A stretch of 17,888 bases of DNA from Archangiaceae bacterium (GCA_043750125.1 JAYVCD010000201.1:1-17888), one strand, 5' to 3'; counted from the stretch's first letter, positions 1-8,702 are shown. Numbers and translations are program-made. Notes: generated by a model not told the origin, from the sequence alone.

Positions 1-851
1 GTCAGCTGGGGAGGTCGACCGTTCTGCGGTTGCCGCATCGCCGCGTGGGGGTCGACCTTCGCCACTTTTTGAATGACCTTCACCTTCGAGACGCCGCCCG
101 CAGCGATAGCCGCATCGACGCGGCTGAGGAAAGACCGGGCCTGCCTGGCCTGGGGCGCGGTGGGGTAATCGGCGAGGAAACGCTCGAAGTCGGCCTTGGC
201 CTGTTTCAGCGCGGTCGGCTCTTCCCCCTTGCTGTCGAGCAGCGCGGCGGCTCGGCCATAGCGGGCCTCGGGGTTCGACTCGAAGAGCAGCAGCGCGCGG
301 TCGTAGACGGCGATCGCACCGGCCGGGTCGTGGCTCAAGAACTTCGCCGCGGCCAGCTGGGTCTCGACCTCGATCATCGGGTGCAGCGCCGCGCGCGCGC
401 ACGCAGCAGCGAAGGCAGGGTCCTTCTGGGCCTGCGCTTTGACGAGCTGGGTTTCCATCGTCTCGTTCGCACCGGGAAGACACCCGGCAGCCGCGGCAGT
501 GGGCACGCCCCGGGTCCCGAGCGCTTTTTTCTTCGCCAGGTACAGCGCGCGGGCGGGCGCGGCCTTGATCACCGCCTGGTCGAGGAAGACGACGGCGTCG
601 GCGTAGCGACCGTGGGCGAAGTACAGCTTGCCGAGGGAAGAGGCGATTTCGAAGCTCTTCTGTTTGTCCTTCAGGTCCCCGCTGGCCTCGAGCCGCTGGA
701 GCAGCTCTTCGGCACTGGGCGCCGGCTGGCCTTCCTTCACCAGCGGCTCACCGCCCGAGGGAGGAACGAGCGGGTGGTTGGGTGGCAACGTGGCGTCGGC
801 CGGAAGCGGAGCCTGGGTCAAAGAAACCGCGATGACGATGGTGAGCAGCAC
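1..851 (-). CDS. Exported TPR-like protein, 3'-truncated by the window edge (not in the ORF track)
   Basis: Manual translation from GTG at 851 (in-frame TAG just upstream, GAGG before the start) is open to base 1. It reads MLLTIVIAVSLTQAPLPADATLPPNHP...; TPR-like helices LGKLYFAHGRYADAVVFLDQA, AIAVYDRALLLFESNPEARYGRA and AKADFERFLADYPTAPQA follow a hydrophobic N-terminus. Confidence 0.8.
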   Translation of the reverse strand, partial: MLLTIVIAVSLTQAPLPADATLPPNHPLVPPSGGEPLVKEGQPAPSAEELLQRLEASGDLKDKQKSFEIASSLGKLYFAHGRYADAVVFLDQAVIKAAPARALYLAKKKALGTRGVPTAAAAGCLPGANETMETQLVKAQAQKDPAFAAACARAALHPMIEVETQLAAAKFLSHDPAGAIAVYDRALLLFESNPEARYGRAAALLDSKGEEPTALKQAKADFERFLADYPTAPQARQARSFLSRVDAAIAAGGVSKVKVIQKVAKVDPHAAMRQPQNGRPPQL

Positions 852-916
852 AGGGTGAGCCTCGTACTACAGCGGCGCCGCGTCGAGGAGCACGGCGATT
901 GAAAGCACTCGACGGC

Positions 917-2008
917 TCAGCTCGCGTTCTGCAGCTCGAGCACGAAGATGCAGCCCTTGCCGGGCAGGTTCTGAATTCGAATCGAGCCCCCGTGCGCCTC
1001 GACGGCCTGCTTGGCGATCGCCAGGCCCAGACCGAAACCTTCGACTGCATCGGGGTTCCCCAGCCGAACGAAAGGCGCGAACGCTTTTTCGACTTTCCCA
1101 GGCGGCAGGCCTCCGCAGGAATCTTCAATCTCGATGGTGATTCGTCCATCGGTCACGTGCGCCCGAACCTCTACGTGTCCGCCGGCGCGAGAGTACTTCA
1201 CCGCATTGCGAACCAGGTTCCCGACCGCAGAGCGCATCAGTCGGGCATCGACGAAGACCCTCGTGTCCTCGACCTTCAAGGTGAGCGTCACGTCCTTGTC
1301 ATCCGCCGAAGCGCCCGCTTCGACCTCGGCGCTCTGCAGCAGCTCGACCAGCGAGGTCTCGGCCCGCTGCAGCTCGATGCCCGAACCGACCCGGGCCAGG
1401 GTCAGTTGGTGATCGAGCAAGACTTTCATCTGCTTCAGCCCTTCGACCAGGGTGACCGCAGCGCGGCCTTCGGTCGGAAGATGGCCCTTCTTCTGCAGCA
1501 CAGCCAGCGCGAGGACGGCCGACGACAGCGGGTTGCGAAGCTCGTGGGCGATGAAAGCCAGGTGCTCGTTGGCGCTGCGCTGCAGCTCGGAGTCGCGCTG
1601 GCGTGAGTACTCGGACACGGCTCGGGCAATACCCGTCACTGTGGAATCGAAGAGCACCTGAAATTCTTGAAAAGTGATTCTCAGGCCATGGGCCTGAGCG
1701 GTATGAACCATCGCATCACGCAGGGCGCCGTACTCGCGCACCACCGCGTCGAGGCTGAACCCCAGCCGCAGCCGCTGTTCCCCGTGTTCTCGGGCCGAGT
1801 CGCTGTCCTCCGGGACTTCGCCGTGAGGACTGAGCCCGGCATCGGTGCGCAGCGCAGAAATGATTTCCCTCAAGAACTGGGGAAAGTGATCGGCCAGCTC
1901 GACCTGGGGCATCAGCTCGGGAGCCAGGGTCCCCCGGACCACCGCCATCCAGTGTTTCATCGTCTCGTCTTGATGCGCCTGCAGCAGCTCGTAGAGGGTC
2001 ATGGGCAC
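917..2008 (-). CDS. Cytoplasmic sensor histidine kinase (RsbRD_N-like N-domain, HisKA, HATPase_c)
   Basis: H-box IAHELRNPL, N-box NLVRNAVKYS, G1-like EDSCGG, F-box AFAPF, G2 GFGLGLAI. N-terminal AREHGEQRLRLGFSLDAVVREY resembles RsbRD_N. No TM segment. Start could be 2008 or ATG 2002. Confidence 0.9.
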   Translation of the reverse strand: MPMTLYELLQAHQDETMKHWMAVVRGTLAPELMPQVELADHFPQFLREIISALRTDAGLSPHGEVPEDSDSAREHGEQRLRLGFSLDAVVREYGALRDAMVHTAQAHGLRITFQEFQVLFDSTVTGIARAVSEYSRQRDSELQRSANEHLAFIAHELRNPLSSAVLALAVLQKKGHLPTEGRAAVTLVEGLKQMKVLLDHQLTLARVGSGIELQRAETSLVELLQSAEVEAGASADDKDVTLTLKVEDTRVFVDARLMRSAVGNLVRNAVKYSRAGGHVEVRAHVTDGRITIEIEDSCGGLPPGKVEKAFAPFVRLGNPDAVEGFGLGLAIAKQAVEAHGGSIRIQNLPGKGCIFVLELQNAS

Positions 2009-2014
2009 CGTGGA

Positions 2015-2509
2015 TCATTCGTCAGAAAACGGCGTCACATCAAGGAGCGCGGCAATCGAGAGCCCGAGCACCGGGTGCCTCAACTCTGGCGCAAGCTCAG
2101 CCAACGGCACCAACACAAAACGGCGGGTGACCATTCCTGGGTGGGGGATCTCGATTCCGGGCTGGTGAAGCACGACGTTCCCGTAGAGAAGCAGATCGAG
2201 ATCGATGATCCGCGCTGCCCATCGTTTTCCCGGCCCGCGACCCATCGCCCGCTCGATTTGTTTCAACCCTCCGAGGAGCTCCGCCACCGAAAGCTGACAG
2301 GACAGCTCGAGCACCGAGTTGAGGTAATCGGGCTGTGGCGTCGCGTCGCCGGGAGCCCGTAGCGCCTTCGAATGATGGACCTTCGAGCCGCGCAACACTT
2401 CAACGCCTCGAAGCTGCGCGATCGCGGCCTCGGCGGCTTTCAGCATCGCTGCGCGATCGCCCAGGTTGCTGCCGAGGCCGACATAAACGCGCGTCAGACC
2501 TTTCGTCAT
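2015..2509 (-). CDS. folK: 2-amino-4-hydroxy-6-hydroxymethyldihydropteridine diphosphokinase (HPPK)
   Basis: Motifs VYVGLGSNLGDR, QPDYLN, IERAMGR, RWAARIIDLDLL, IPHP, RRFVLVPLAEL. Confidence 0.96.
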   Translation of the reverse strand: MTKGLTRVYVGLGSNLGDRAAMLKAAEAAIAQLRGVEVLRGSKVHHSKALRAPGDATPQPDYLNSVLELSCQLSVAELLGGLKQIERAMGRGPGKRWAARIIDLDLLLYGNVVLHQPGIEIPHPGMVTRRFVLVPLAELAPELRHPVLGLSIAALLDVTPFSDE

Positions 2510-2524
2510 TGAAGACCTCTGCGG

Positions 2525-3289
2525 CTACCCGCGGGTGACGGGGTTGCTGAGCACTCCGATGCCTTCGATGTCGATGTCGACGGTGTCACCCGCGGTCAGC
2601 GGCCCGACTCCCGAGGGCGTTCCGGTCGAGATCAAATCGCCGGGCATCAGGGTCATCACGCTCGAGATGAAAGACACCAACCGCGCGACGCCGAAGATCA
2701 TGTCGCTGGTGCGGCCGTCTTGCCGGGTCTGGCCGTTGACCCGGGCTTGAACCCGAAGGTCATTGGGAGACAGCCCGCGCACCATCCACGGGCCGCAGCA
2801 GGCGAAGGTGTCGTAGCTCTTCGCGCGGGTGTGCTGAATTTCCCGCTTCTGGATGTCGCGCGCGGTCACATCGTTGAAGCAGGTGAGCGCAAAGATTCCT
2901 TTGATCGCCTCGGCCTCGCTGACCCGGGTGAGCCGTTCGCCGATCACCAGCGCCAGCTCTGCTTCGTAGTGAACTTCCTGGCTCTCGGGCGGGAGGACGA
3001 TCGGCTGACCGGCTCCGTTGAGCGCGCTGGGCGGCTTGATGAAGAGCAGCGGCTCGACCGGAATCGGCTTCCCCATCTCGGCGGCGTGCTTGCGGTAGTT
3101 CTGCCCGACGCAGACGATCTTCGACGCGTCGGACGGAGCCAGCAGCTTCGCCCCGTACAGCGGCAGGCTCTCTTCGGTGCGGCGCGCTCCGGACCACCAC
3201 GGGGCAGCGTCCAACACCCACAACTTGTCGCCGTCGAGCTCGCAAAATCGCGCCCCGGACAGCGTTTGAACCCGCGCGTAACGCGTCAT
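2525..3289 (-). CDS. Fumarylacetoacetate hydrolase family protein (FAHD1/YcgM-like)
   Basis: KIVCVGQNYRKHAAEM, HYEAELALVIG, NDVTARDIQ, RAKSYDTF, GDLISTGTPSGVG. ATGA overlap with the dapB stop (3286-3289). Confidence 0.93.
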   Translation of the reverse strand: MTRYARVQTLSGARFCELDGDKLWVLDAAPWWSGARRTEESLPLYGAKLLAPSDASKIVCVGQNYRKHAAEMGKPIPVEPLLFIKPPSALNGAGQPIVLPPESQEVHYEAELALVIGERLTRVSEAEAIKGIFALTCFNDVTARDIQKREIQHTRAKSYDTFACCGPWMVRGLSPNDLRVQARVNGQTRQDGRTSDMIFGVARLVSFISSVMTLMPGDLISTGTPSGVGPLTAGDTVDIDIEGIGVLSNPVTRG

Positions 3290-4095
3290 GGCCTCTCCTT
3301 CAGCACATCGCTCATTCCGTAAAGTCCGGGCGCCTTGCCCACCGCCCAGGTTGCGGCGCGCACGGCTCCGCGAACGAATGGATCTCGACTGGTGGCCCGG
3401 TGGGTCAGCTCGAGTCGCTCACCTTCCCCGAAGAAAAAGACGGTGTGCTCGCCGACGACATCGCCCCCGCGCAGCGCCTGAATGCCGATCTCTTTGCGCG
3501 GTCGCTCGCCCACCGCCCCGACCCGCGATTGTTTGAAGTCCTGCGGCGTACGCCCCACCGCCCTGGCGATCTCTTCGGCGAGGGCCAGCGCGGTTCCCGA
3601 AGGGCTGTCTTTCTTCAGCCGGTGGTGCGCCTCGAGGATGTCGATCTCGAAACCATCGCCCAGCCTCCGGGCCAGCTCGGCGGCGACCTCGATCATCAGG
3701 TTCACGCCAATCGACATGTTGGGGGACATCACCATCGCAACGCGCTGCGCGGACACGGCGATTTCTGCTTTGGCCTGGGGAGAAAAGCCGGTGCTGCCGA
3801 TCACCAGGGCCACTCCTGCTTCGGCGCAGGCCTTCGCGTTCTGTAGGCTCGCCTCGGGCGCCGTGAAGTCGATCACCACGTCGCAGCCGCCCAGCAGGGA
3901 CTTCAAGTCGTCGACCACCGGCGCGCCCAGAACGCTTTGATGGGTGAGCGCTCCAACATCGAGCCCGACCGACGGGTGCCCTTGGCGCTCGGTGCCGCCG
4001 ATCACCTTCAGGCGAGGGTTGTCGGCCACGATTCGAAGCAGCGCGGAGCCCATGCGGCCGCCGACGCCGGTGATTGCAACGCGAATGACTTTCAC
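3286..4095 (-). CDS. dapB: 4-hydroxy-tetrahydrodipicolinate reductase
   Basis: Start moved to GTG 4095 (GTGA overlap with the dapA stop). GVGGRMG nucleotide-binding loop, IDFT, GSTG, EAHHRLKKDSPSGTA, RGGDVVGEH. Confidence 0.96.
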   Translation of the reverse strand: MKVIRVAITGVGGRMGSALLRIVADNPRLKVIGGTERQGHPSVGLDVGALTHQSVLGAPVVDDLKSLLGGCDVVIDFTAPEASLQNAKACAEAGVALVIGSTGFSPQAKAEIAVSAQRVAMVMSPNMSIGVNLMIEVAAELARRLGDGFEIDILEAHHRLKKDSPSGTALALAEEIARAVGRTPQDFKQSRVGAVGERPRKEIGIQALRGGDVVGEHTVFFFGEGERLELTHRATSRDPFVRGAVRAATWAVGKAPGLYGMSDVLKERP

Positions 4096-4985
4096 GCGAG
4101 CTCTTTCAAATCGAGCTTCAGCCGCTGCAGCTCTTCTTTGAGCTTCGCGGCGTTGGGCTCGGTCATCACCGTCAAGGGAGCGCGAATCTCGAGGCCGAAG
4201 CGCCCCATCAGGTACAGCGCCATCTTCACCGGAATCGGGTTCGACTCGATGAACAGCAACCGATGCAGCGGCGCCAGCTGCAGCTGGATCTCGCGGGCCC
4301 GCTTGAAGTCGCCCTTCAAGCCCGCTGCCACCAGGTCGGCCATCTGGCGCGGGACGATGTTCGAAGAGACGGAAATCACCCCTCGAGCTCCGCACGCGAG
4401 CAGCGGAGCCACGACGAAGTCATCGCCGGACAGCAGCGTCAGCCGATCGCCGCATTTCTCGTAGACCTCGAGCGCGCGCACCACCGACCCGGTCGCTTCC
4501 TTCAGCGCCACGACTTCCGGAATGTCGCACAGCCGCTGCACGGTCTCGGGCAGCAGGTCGCAGCCGGTGCGGCCGGGAACGTTGTAGGCAATCAGCGGAA
4601 AGCCGGGGTGGGCGCGGGCGATCGCCCGGTAGTGCTCGAACAGGCCGGCCTGGGTCGGCTTGTTGTAATAGGGGGTCACGATCAGCGCCCCGTCGGCGCC
4701 CAGGTCGCGCACGCGCTTCACCGTCTCGATCGTCTCGGCGGTGCTGTAGCTGCCGGCCCCGGCGACGACCTTCGCGCGGCCCTTGTTGGCCTTGATGCAG
4801 ACGGCGACCGCGCGGGCCTTTTCTTCGGGGGTCATCGTCGGCGTTTCGCCGGTGGTGCCCATCGGGACGAGCACCGCGGTGCCGCTTTCCACCTGAAAAT
4901 CGACCAGCCGGCCGTAGGCGACCTCATCGAGCGCCCCGTCCTTGAACGGAGTGGCCAGCGCAGTCATCGAGCCTTCGAATTTCAT
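4092..4985 (-). CDS. dapA: 4-hydroxy-tetrahydrodipicolinate synthase
   Basis: GTTGE, VTPYYNKP, YNVPGRTG, catalytic lysine in LKEATG, LSGDD, ESNPIPVK; lies between lysA and dapB. Confidence 0.96.
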   Translation of the reverse strand: MKFEGSMTALATPFKDGALDEVAYGRLVDFQVESGTAVLVPMGTTGETPTMTPEEKARAVAVCIKANKGRAKVVAGAGSYSTAETIETVKRVRDLGADGALIVTPYYNKPTQAGLFEHYRAIARAHPGFPLIAYNVPGRTGCDLLPETVQRLCDIPEVVALKEATGSVVRALEVYEKCGDRLTLLSGDDFVVAPLLACGARGVISVSSNIVPRQMADLVAAGLKGDFKRAREIQLQLAPLHRLLFIESNPIPVKMALYLMGRFGLEIRAPLTVMTEPNAAKLKEELQRLKLDLKELA

Positions 4986-4998
4986 CGGGGTTCCTTGT

Positions 4999-6240
4999 TT
5001 ACGTCGTTTCGTTTCTTAGCAAGTCCTCGAGCGACTCGCGCCGACGGACGACTCTGAAACTCTTTCCATCGACCAACACTTCCGCGGGGCGGGGGCGGCC
5101 GTTGTAGTTGCTGGCCATGCTCATTCCGTAAGCGCCGGCGGTGAGCACCGCGAGCAGATCGCCCTGCTCCTGAGGAGGCAGCAGCCGCCCGTACCCGAGC
5201 ACATCGCTCGACTCGCAGATCGGGCCCACCACGTCAGATTTGAGCTTCTTTCCCCGCCGCGGTTGCACCGGAACGATGTCGTGATGCGCCTCGTACAGCG
5301 CGGGCCGAAGCAGATCATTCATCCCCGCGTCGACGATCACGAAGTGACGCGCGGGGGTCTTCTTCCGGTACAAAACCCTGGTCAGCAGCACCCCTGCGTT
5401 TCCGACGAGCACGCGGCCGGGTTCCATCACCAGCGTCGCATCGATCCCTTTGAGCGGAGTGAGCACCGCGCGGGCGTACTCGGTCACCGAGGGCGGCTTC
5501 TCATCGGTGTAGGTGATGCCCAGGCCGCCGCCGACATCGAGGTGGGTGAGCCCGAAGCCCTCGCTGCGCAGCGAGCGGAACAAGTCTGCCACCCGGCCGA
5601 TCGCCAACCTCACCGGCTGGGCGTCGGTCACCTGCGAGCCGATGTGACAGTCGAGGCCGCGGGCGTTGAGCCCCTTCAACTTGCGGCTGGCGCGGTAGAG
5701 CGCGACCGCTTCTTCGAAAGGAACTCCGAACTTCGAGCTCTTCAAACCGGTGGCGATGTACCGGTGGGTGCGGGCGTCGACGTGCGGGTTGACGCGCAGG
5801 GCGAACGGAGCGACGAGCTTCAACCGGCGGGCAACCTTGTCGAGCGCGTACAGCTCTTCGGCCGATTCCACGTTGAACTGCAAAATTCCCTCTCGCAGCG
5901 CGAACGCCATTTCCTCTTCGGTCTTGCCCACCCCTGAAAAGACGACCTTCGAGGCTCGACCGCGCGCGGCGAGCACCCGCACCAATTCGCCTCCTGAGAC
6001 GATGTCGAAGCCGGCTCCGCGCTGCGCGAACAGCTTGAGAATGGCGAGCGAAGGGTTGGCCTTCATCGCGTAGCAGTGCAGGTGGGGAATGCCTTTGAAG
6101 GCGTCCTGCAGCACGGTCAGATGCCGGACCAGAGTCGCGGTCGAATAGACGTACGTCGGAGTGCCAACCTCTTTTGCGATCCGCGCCAGGGGCACCTGCT
6201 CGCAATGGAGCGCGCCGCGAAGAGAAGAGAAGTGGTTCAC
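4999..6240 (-). CDS. lysA: Diaminopimelate decarboxylase
   Basis: PLP lysine YAMKAN, DIVSGGE, HIGSQ, DVGGGLG, EPGR, GPICESSD, GAYGMSMASNYN. Start placed at GTG 6240 (GTGA overlap with the upstream lipoprotein stop). Confidence 0.96.
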   Translation of the reverse strand: MNHFSSLRGALHCEQVPLARIAKEVGTPTYVYSTATLVRHLTVLQDAFKGIPHLHCYAMKANPSLAILKLFAQRGAGFDIVSGGELVRVLAARGRASKVVFSGVGKTEEEMAFALREGILQFNVESAEELYALDKVARRLKLVAPFALRVNPHVDARTHRYIATGLKSSKFGVPFEEAVALYRASRKLKGLNARGLDCHIGSQVTDAQPVRLAIGRVADLFRSLRSEGFGLTHLDVGGGLGITYTDEKPPSVTEYARAVLTPLKGIDATLVMEPGRVLVGNAGVLLTRVLYRKKTPARHFVIVDAGMNDLLRPALYEAHHDIVPVQPRRGKKLKSDVVGPICESSDVLGYGRLLPPQEQGDLLAVLTAGAYGMSMASNYNGRPRPAEVLVDGKSFRVVRRRESLEDLLRNETT

Positions 6241-6365
6241 GGCGCCGTGCAGCACCCGGAATCAGGCCGGGGCTGCGGCGCCTCTCGCAGGTCCAGAAGC
6301 GGAGGACGCGGCGGTCCCTTGATCCCACACCCGGTGAGGCAGACCACGAGCAACAACAATCTCAG
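6237..6365 (-). CDS. Small LptM(YifL)/LppL-like lipoprotein, 42 aa
   Basis: (M)RLLLLVVCLTG-CGIKGPPRPPLLDLREAPQPRPDSGCCTAP. Lipobox LTGC followed by CGxKGP, similar to the LptM/LppL signature. Exactly fills the gap between the barrel gene and lysA. Start is CTG 6365 or TTG 6359. Confidence 0.75.
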   Translation of the reverse strand: MRLLLLVVCLTGCGIKGPPRPPLLDLREAPQPRPDSGCCTAP

Positions 6366-8197
6366 AACTTGATCCCGACCGAGCCGCGCAGCGCCTGGGC
6401 AGAGTCGATGCTCTTGGGCGCGTTGGGACGGTTGTCGGAAAAACCACCGAGCGGGAACAAGATGCCCCATCGCAGCTCGCCGAAGAACCCGTCTTCGGTC
6501 TCGTAGCGGGCGCCGAGGTTGATTTCGAAGCCGAGGTTGGCGTCGGTGCCCGAGGGCGTCGATTCCTGGTAAATCGCGCGCGAGTAGATGACCGAGCCGA
6601 AGGCGTTGAACCCATCGGCGATGCGGTAGCTGACCGTGGGCTTGACGTAGAACGCGTCGGTGATGCCTCCCAGGATTTCGCGGAAGAGGATCATGTCGAT
6701 TCGGTAGTCGCGGTTGAACCGGAAATTTCGAATCGACGAATCGGTGCAGCCCCCGGTGCTCTGACAGGCGTACTGCGGCCCGTCGATGTCGCCCGGCTGG
6801 GTGGTGTTGTCCGGGCCGCCCACCTTGCGGCGCGCGTAGTTGCCGAAGCCGGGCGCCTGGTCTCCGGACGCGAAGCCGAGCTCGAGCTGAATCTTCAGCG
6901 CCTGGTCCATCAGCCGCAGCTCGCCCTGGAGCACGCCGCCGAATTGCTGGATCCCGATGCTCTGGTTTCGTCCACTCAGCGCGTTGTCGGCGCCGATGGT
7001 GGCGATGTTGTTGATGGTACCGATCACCGCCGACGCCTCGAGCTCGATGCGCAGGTCCCCGCGCTCGAACTTCATCCAGATGTCGGGGATCCACATCTGC
7101 GCCTGGCGAAACACGTAGCCGGCGCTGGTGTTGGTGGCGGACTCGTTCTCGAACGGCTGGCCGTAGTAGTCGGCCGGATCATTGCGCTGCCAGCGGTAGG
7201 TGAGGTGGGCGCCGTAGTTGAACAGGCTCTGCCCCGCCTCGAGCCGGGCCTTGGCCTGACTATCGGTGTCTCGGCGGGCGATCGCGAGCACGAGGCTGTG
7301 CGCGTCGTCCGAGTTGCTCAAGTCGAACGGCTGCCCGCCGGAAGGATTGCGGAACGACGAGGGCCCCTCGGCGTTGAAGTCGATCATCGGGCTGATGTAG
7401 AAGCCGGCCAACGGCTCAGCGACGAACATCACCCGGTCGACGGTGTCGCCCCAATCGCAATCCAGACAGGTGCCGTCGTTGTGGGTAATGCCCAGGCCCC
7501 ACTGCGAGCCCATGCGGCCGAAGCGCAGAATTCCGACCGGAGTCGAGACCTCGCCCCAGACCCGCTTGACCGCAATCGAATCTTGCAGCGCGTTGATCCC
7601 CGAGCGCGGCGGGACCTGGCTGCCGCTCATGATGCTGAAGTTGTCGCGGTCGTACGCGTGGTTCGGATCGCGAGAGAACGCGTAGTCCGAGTTGCTGCCC
7701 ATCAGCACGTTGTCGAGCGCGTCGACCTGCATCCGGATTCGAACTTCCTCGGAAATGTTGAACGTGGGCTCGAAGCGGAAGCGCATGTTCACCCCGGCGA
7801 TGGTCCGCTCTCTGGCGGCGCCCGGGCCGGTGGTGGGGGGAATGGGGAAGGTGGTGTAGCCCGACGGATCCGCGTTTCGGCCGAGGTCGAACTTGTGGAA
7901 GAGCTCGGGGCGAATGCGGAAGTAGCCGTCCGGAACGAAGACCTCGAGCTTGCGCTTCTCTTCGACGTAGTCCTCGCTCCACCCTTGAGCGACCGACTGC
8001 GTCGCGAGCTGAGCGCGCACTTCTTCGCGCATCTCTTTGAGCTCTTTTCGCGTCGCGTCGAGCTCGCGTCGCAGGCCTTCGACATCGCTTGCGACCGAGG
8101 GAGTGGTGCCCGTGCCGCCATCGTCAATCTGGGCGAACGAGGAGCGGGCGAACAAGACAGCCAACGCTGCCAGCCAAAATCGAGAGGGGGGGGGCAT
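6362..8197 (-). CDS. Outer-membrane beta-barrel protein, probably the myxobacterial TIGR04551 family
   Basis: Start ATG 8197 gives a signal peptide (RFWLAALAVLFARSSFA), a coiled-coil segment, many amphipathic strands and terminal LRGSVGIKF (C-terminal Phe, BAM signal). The family name rests on recalled size and architecture and was not searched. Confidence 0.75.
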   Translation of the reverse strand: MPPPSRFWLAALAVLFARSSFAQIDDGGTGTTPSVASDVEGLRRELDATRKELKEMREEVRAQLATQSVAQGWSEDYVEEKRKLEVFVPDGYFRIRPELFHKFDLGRNADPSGYTTFPIPPTTGPGAARERTIAGVNMRFRFEPTFNISEEVRIRMQVDALDNVLMGSNSDYAFSRDPNHAYDRDNFSIMSGSQVPPRSGINALQDSIAVKRVWGEVSTPVGILRFGRMGSQWGLGITHNDGTCLDCDWGDTVDRVMFVAEPLAGFYISPMIDFNAEGPSSFRNPSGGQPFDLSNSDDAHSLVLAIARRDTDSQAKARLEAGQSLFNYGAHLTYRWQRNDPADYYGQPFENESATNTSAGYVFRQAQMWIPDIWMKFERGDLRIELEASAVIGTINNIATIGADNALSGRNQSIGIQQFGGVLQGELRLMDQALKIQLELGFASGDQAPGFGNYARRKVGGPDNTTQPGDIDGPQYACQSTGGCTDSSIRNFRFNRDYRIDMILFREILGGITDAFYVKPTVSYRIADGFNAFGSVIYSRAIYQESTPSGTDANLGFEINLGARYETEDGFFGELRWGILFPLGGFSDNRPNAPKSIDSAQALRGSVGIKF

Positions 8198-8279
8198 GAG
8201 GCGGCGGGTTCTGCCACCGGCTCGAAGCGGCGTCCAAGGGAAAAGCACGGCCCACCTACGGCAGCCGCGCGATCTGATT

Positions 8280-8702
8280 TCAGGGTTTCGGTGGGCCTTG
8301 CCGCAGCTCGGTCAGAACGCCGTGGGTTCCCTTCGGGTGAATGAAGGCAATCTTCGCTCCGCCCGCTCCGATTTTCGGCGTCTCGTCGATCAGCGGAGCC
8401 CCCTGCTTCTTCAACTCGGCCAGCGAGGCCTCGATGTCCTCGACTTCGATGCAGATGTGGTGGAGGCCTTCGCCGCGCTTGTCCAGGTACTTCGCCACCG
8501 AAGTCCCTGCTTCGGTCGGGCAGATCAGCTCGATGCGCCCCTGCCCGTGGCCGAAGATCGCGGTGCGGACTTTCTGCTCGGCGACCTCTTCGACCTCGGC
8601 GAGCTCGAGGCCGAAAGCTTCCTGGTAGAAGGCGATTGCTTTCTCGAGGTCGCGGACGACGATCGCCACGTGGTCGAGGCCCTTCGCTTTGACCTGGCTC
8701 AT
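8280..8702 (-). CDS. mce: Methylmalonyl-CoA epimerase (VOC superfamily)
   Basis: LDHVAIVV, EQKVRTA, IELI, GEGLHHICIEV, IAFIHPKGTHGVLTEL. Start moved to ATG 8702 (ATGA overlap with the mutM stop). Confidence 0.92.
   Translation of the reverse strand: MSQVKAKGLDHVAIVVRDLEKAIAFYQEAFGLELAEVEEVAEQKVRTAIFGHGQGRIELICPTEAGTSVAKYLDKRGEGLHHICIEVEDIEASLAELKKQGAPLIDETPKIGAGGAKIAFIHPKGTHGVLTELRQGPPKP

Noticed and set aside
525..530. Suspected frameshift at the T6 run in the TPR gene
   Set aside because: Recount gives AAG AAA AAA GCG, which is in frame.
30..902. 290-aa plus-strand ORF
   Set aside because: Antisense shadow of the minus-strand TPR gene; no recognisable motifs.
4096..4395. N-terminal extensions of dapB, and similarly mce (8703-8807), TlpA (15420-15497) and the 9474 start
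   Set aside because: They overlap neighbouring genes; downstream starts with stop/start overlaps or an RBS fit the families better.
6237..7094. 285-aa ORF overlapping the barrel gene
   Set aside because: Only the last 42 codons look coding; the rest is an alternate frame of the barrel gene.
6944..8344. 466-aa plus-strand ORF (likewise 15280-16482 and other long antisense ORFs)
   Set aside because: Antisense to well-supported genes; explained by codon bias.
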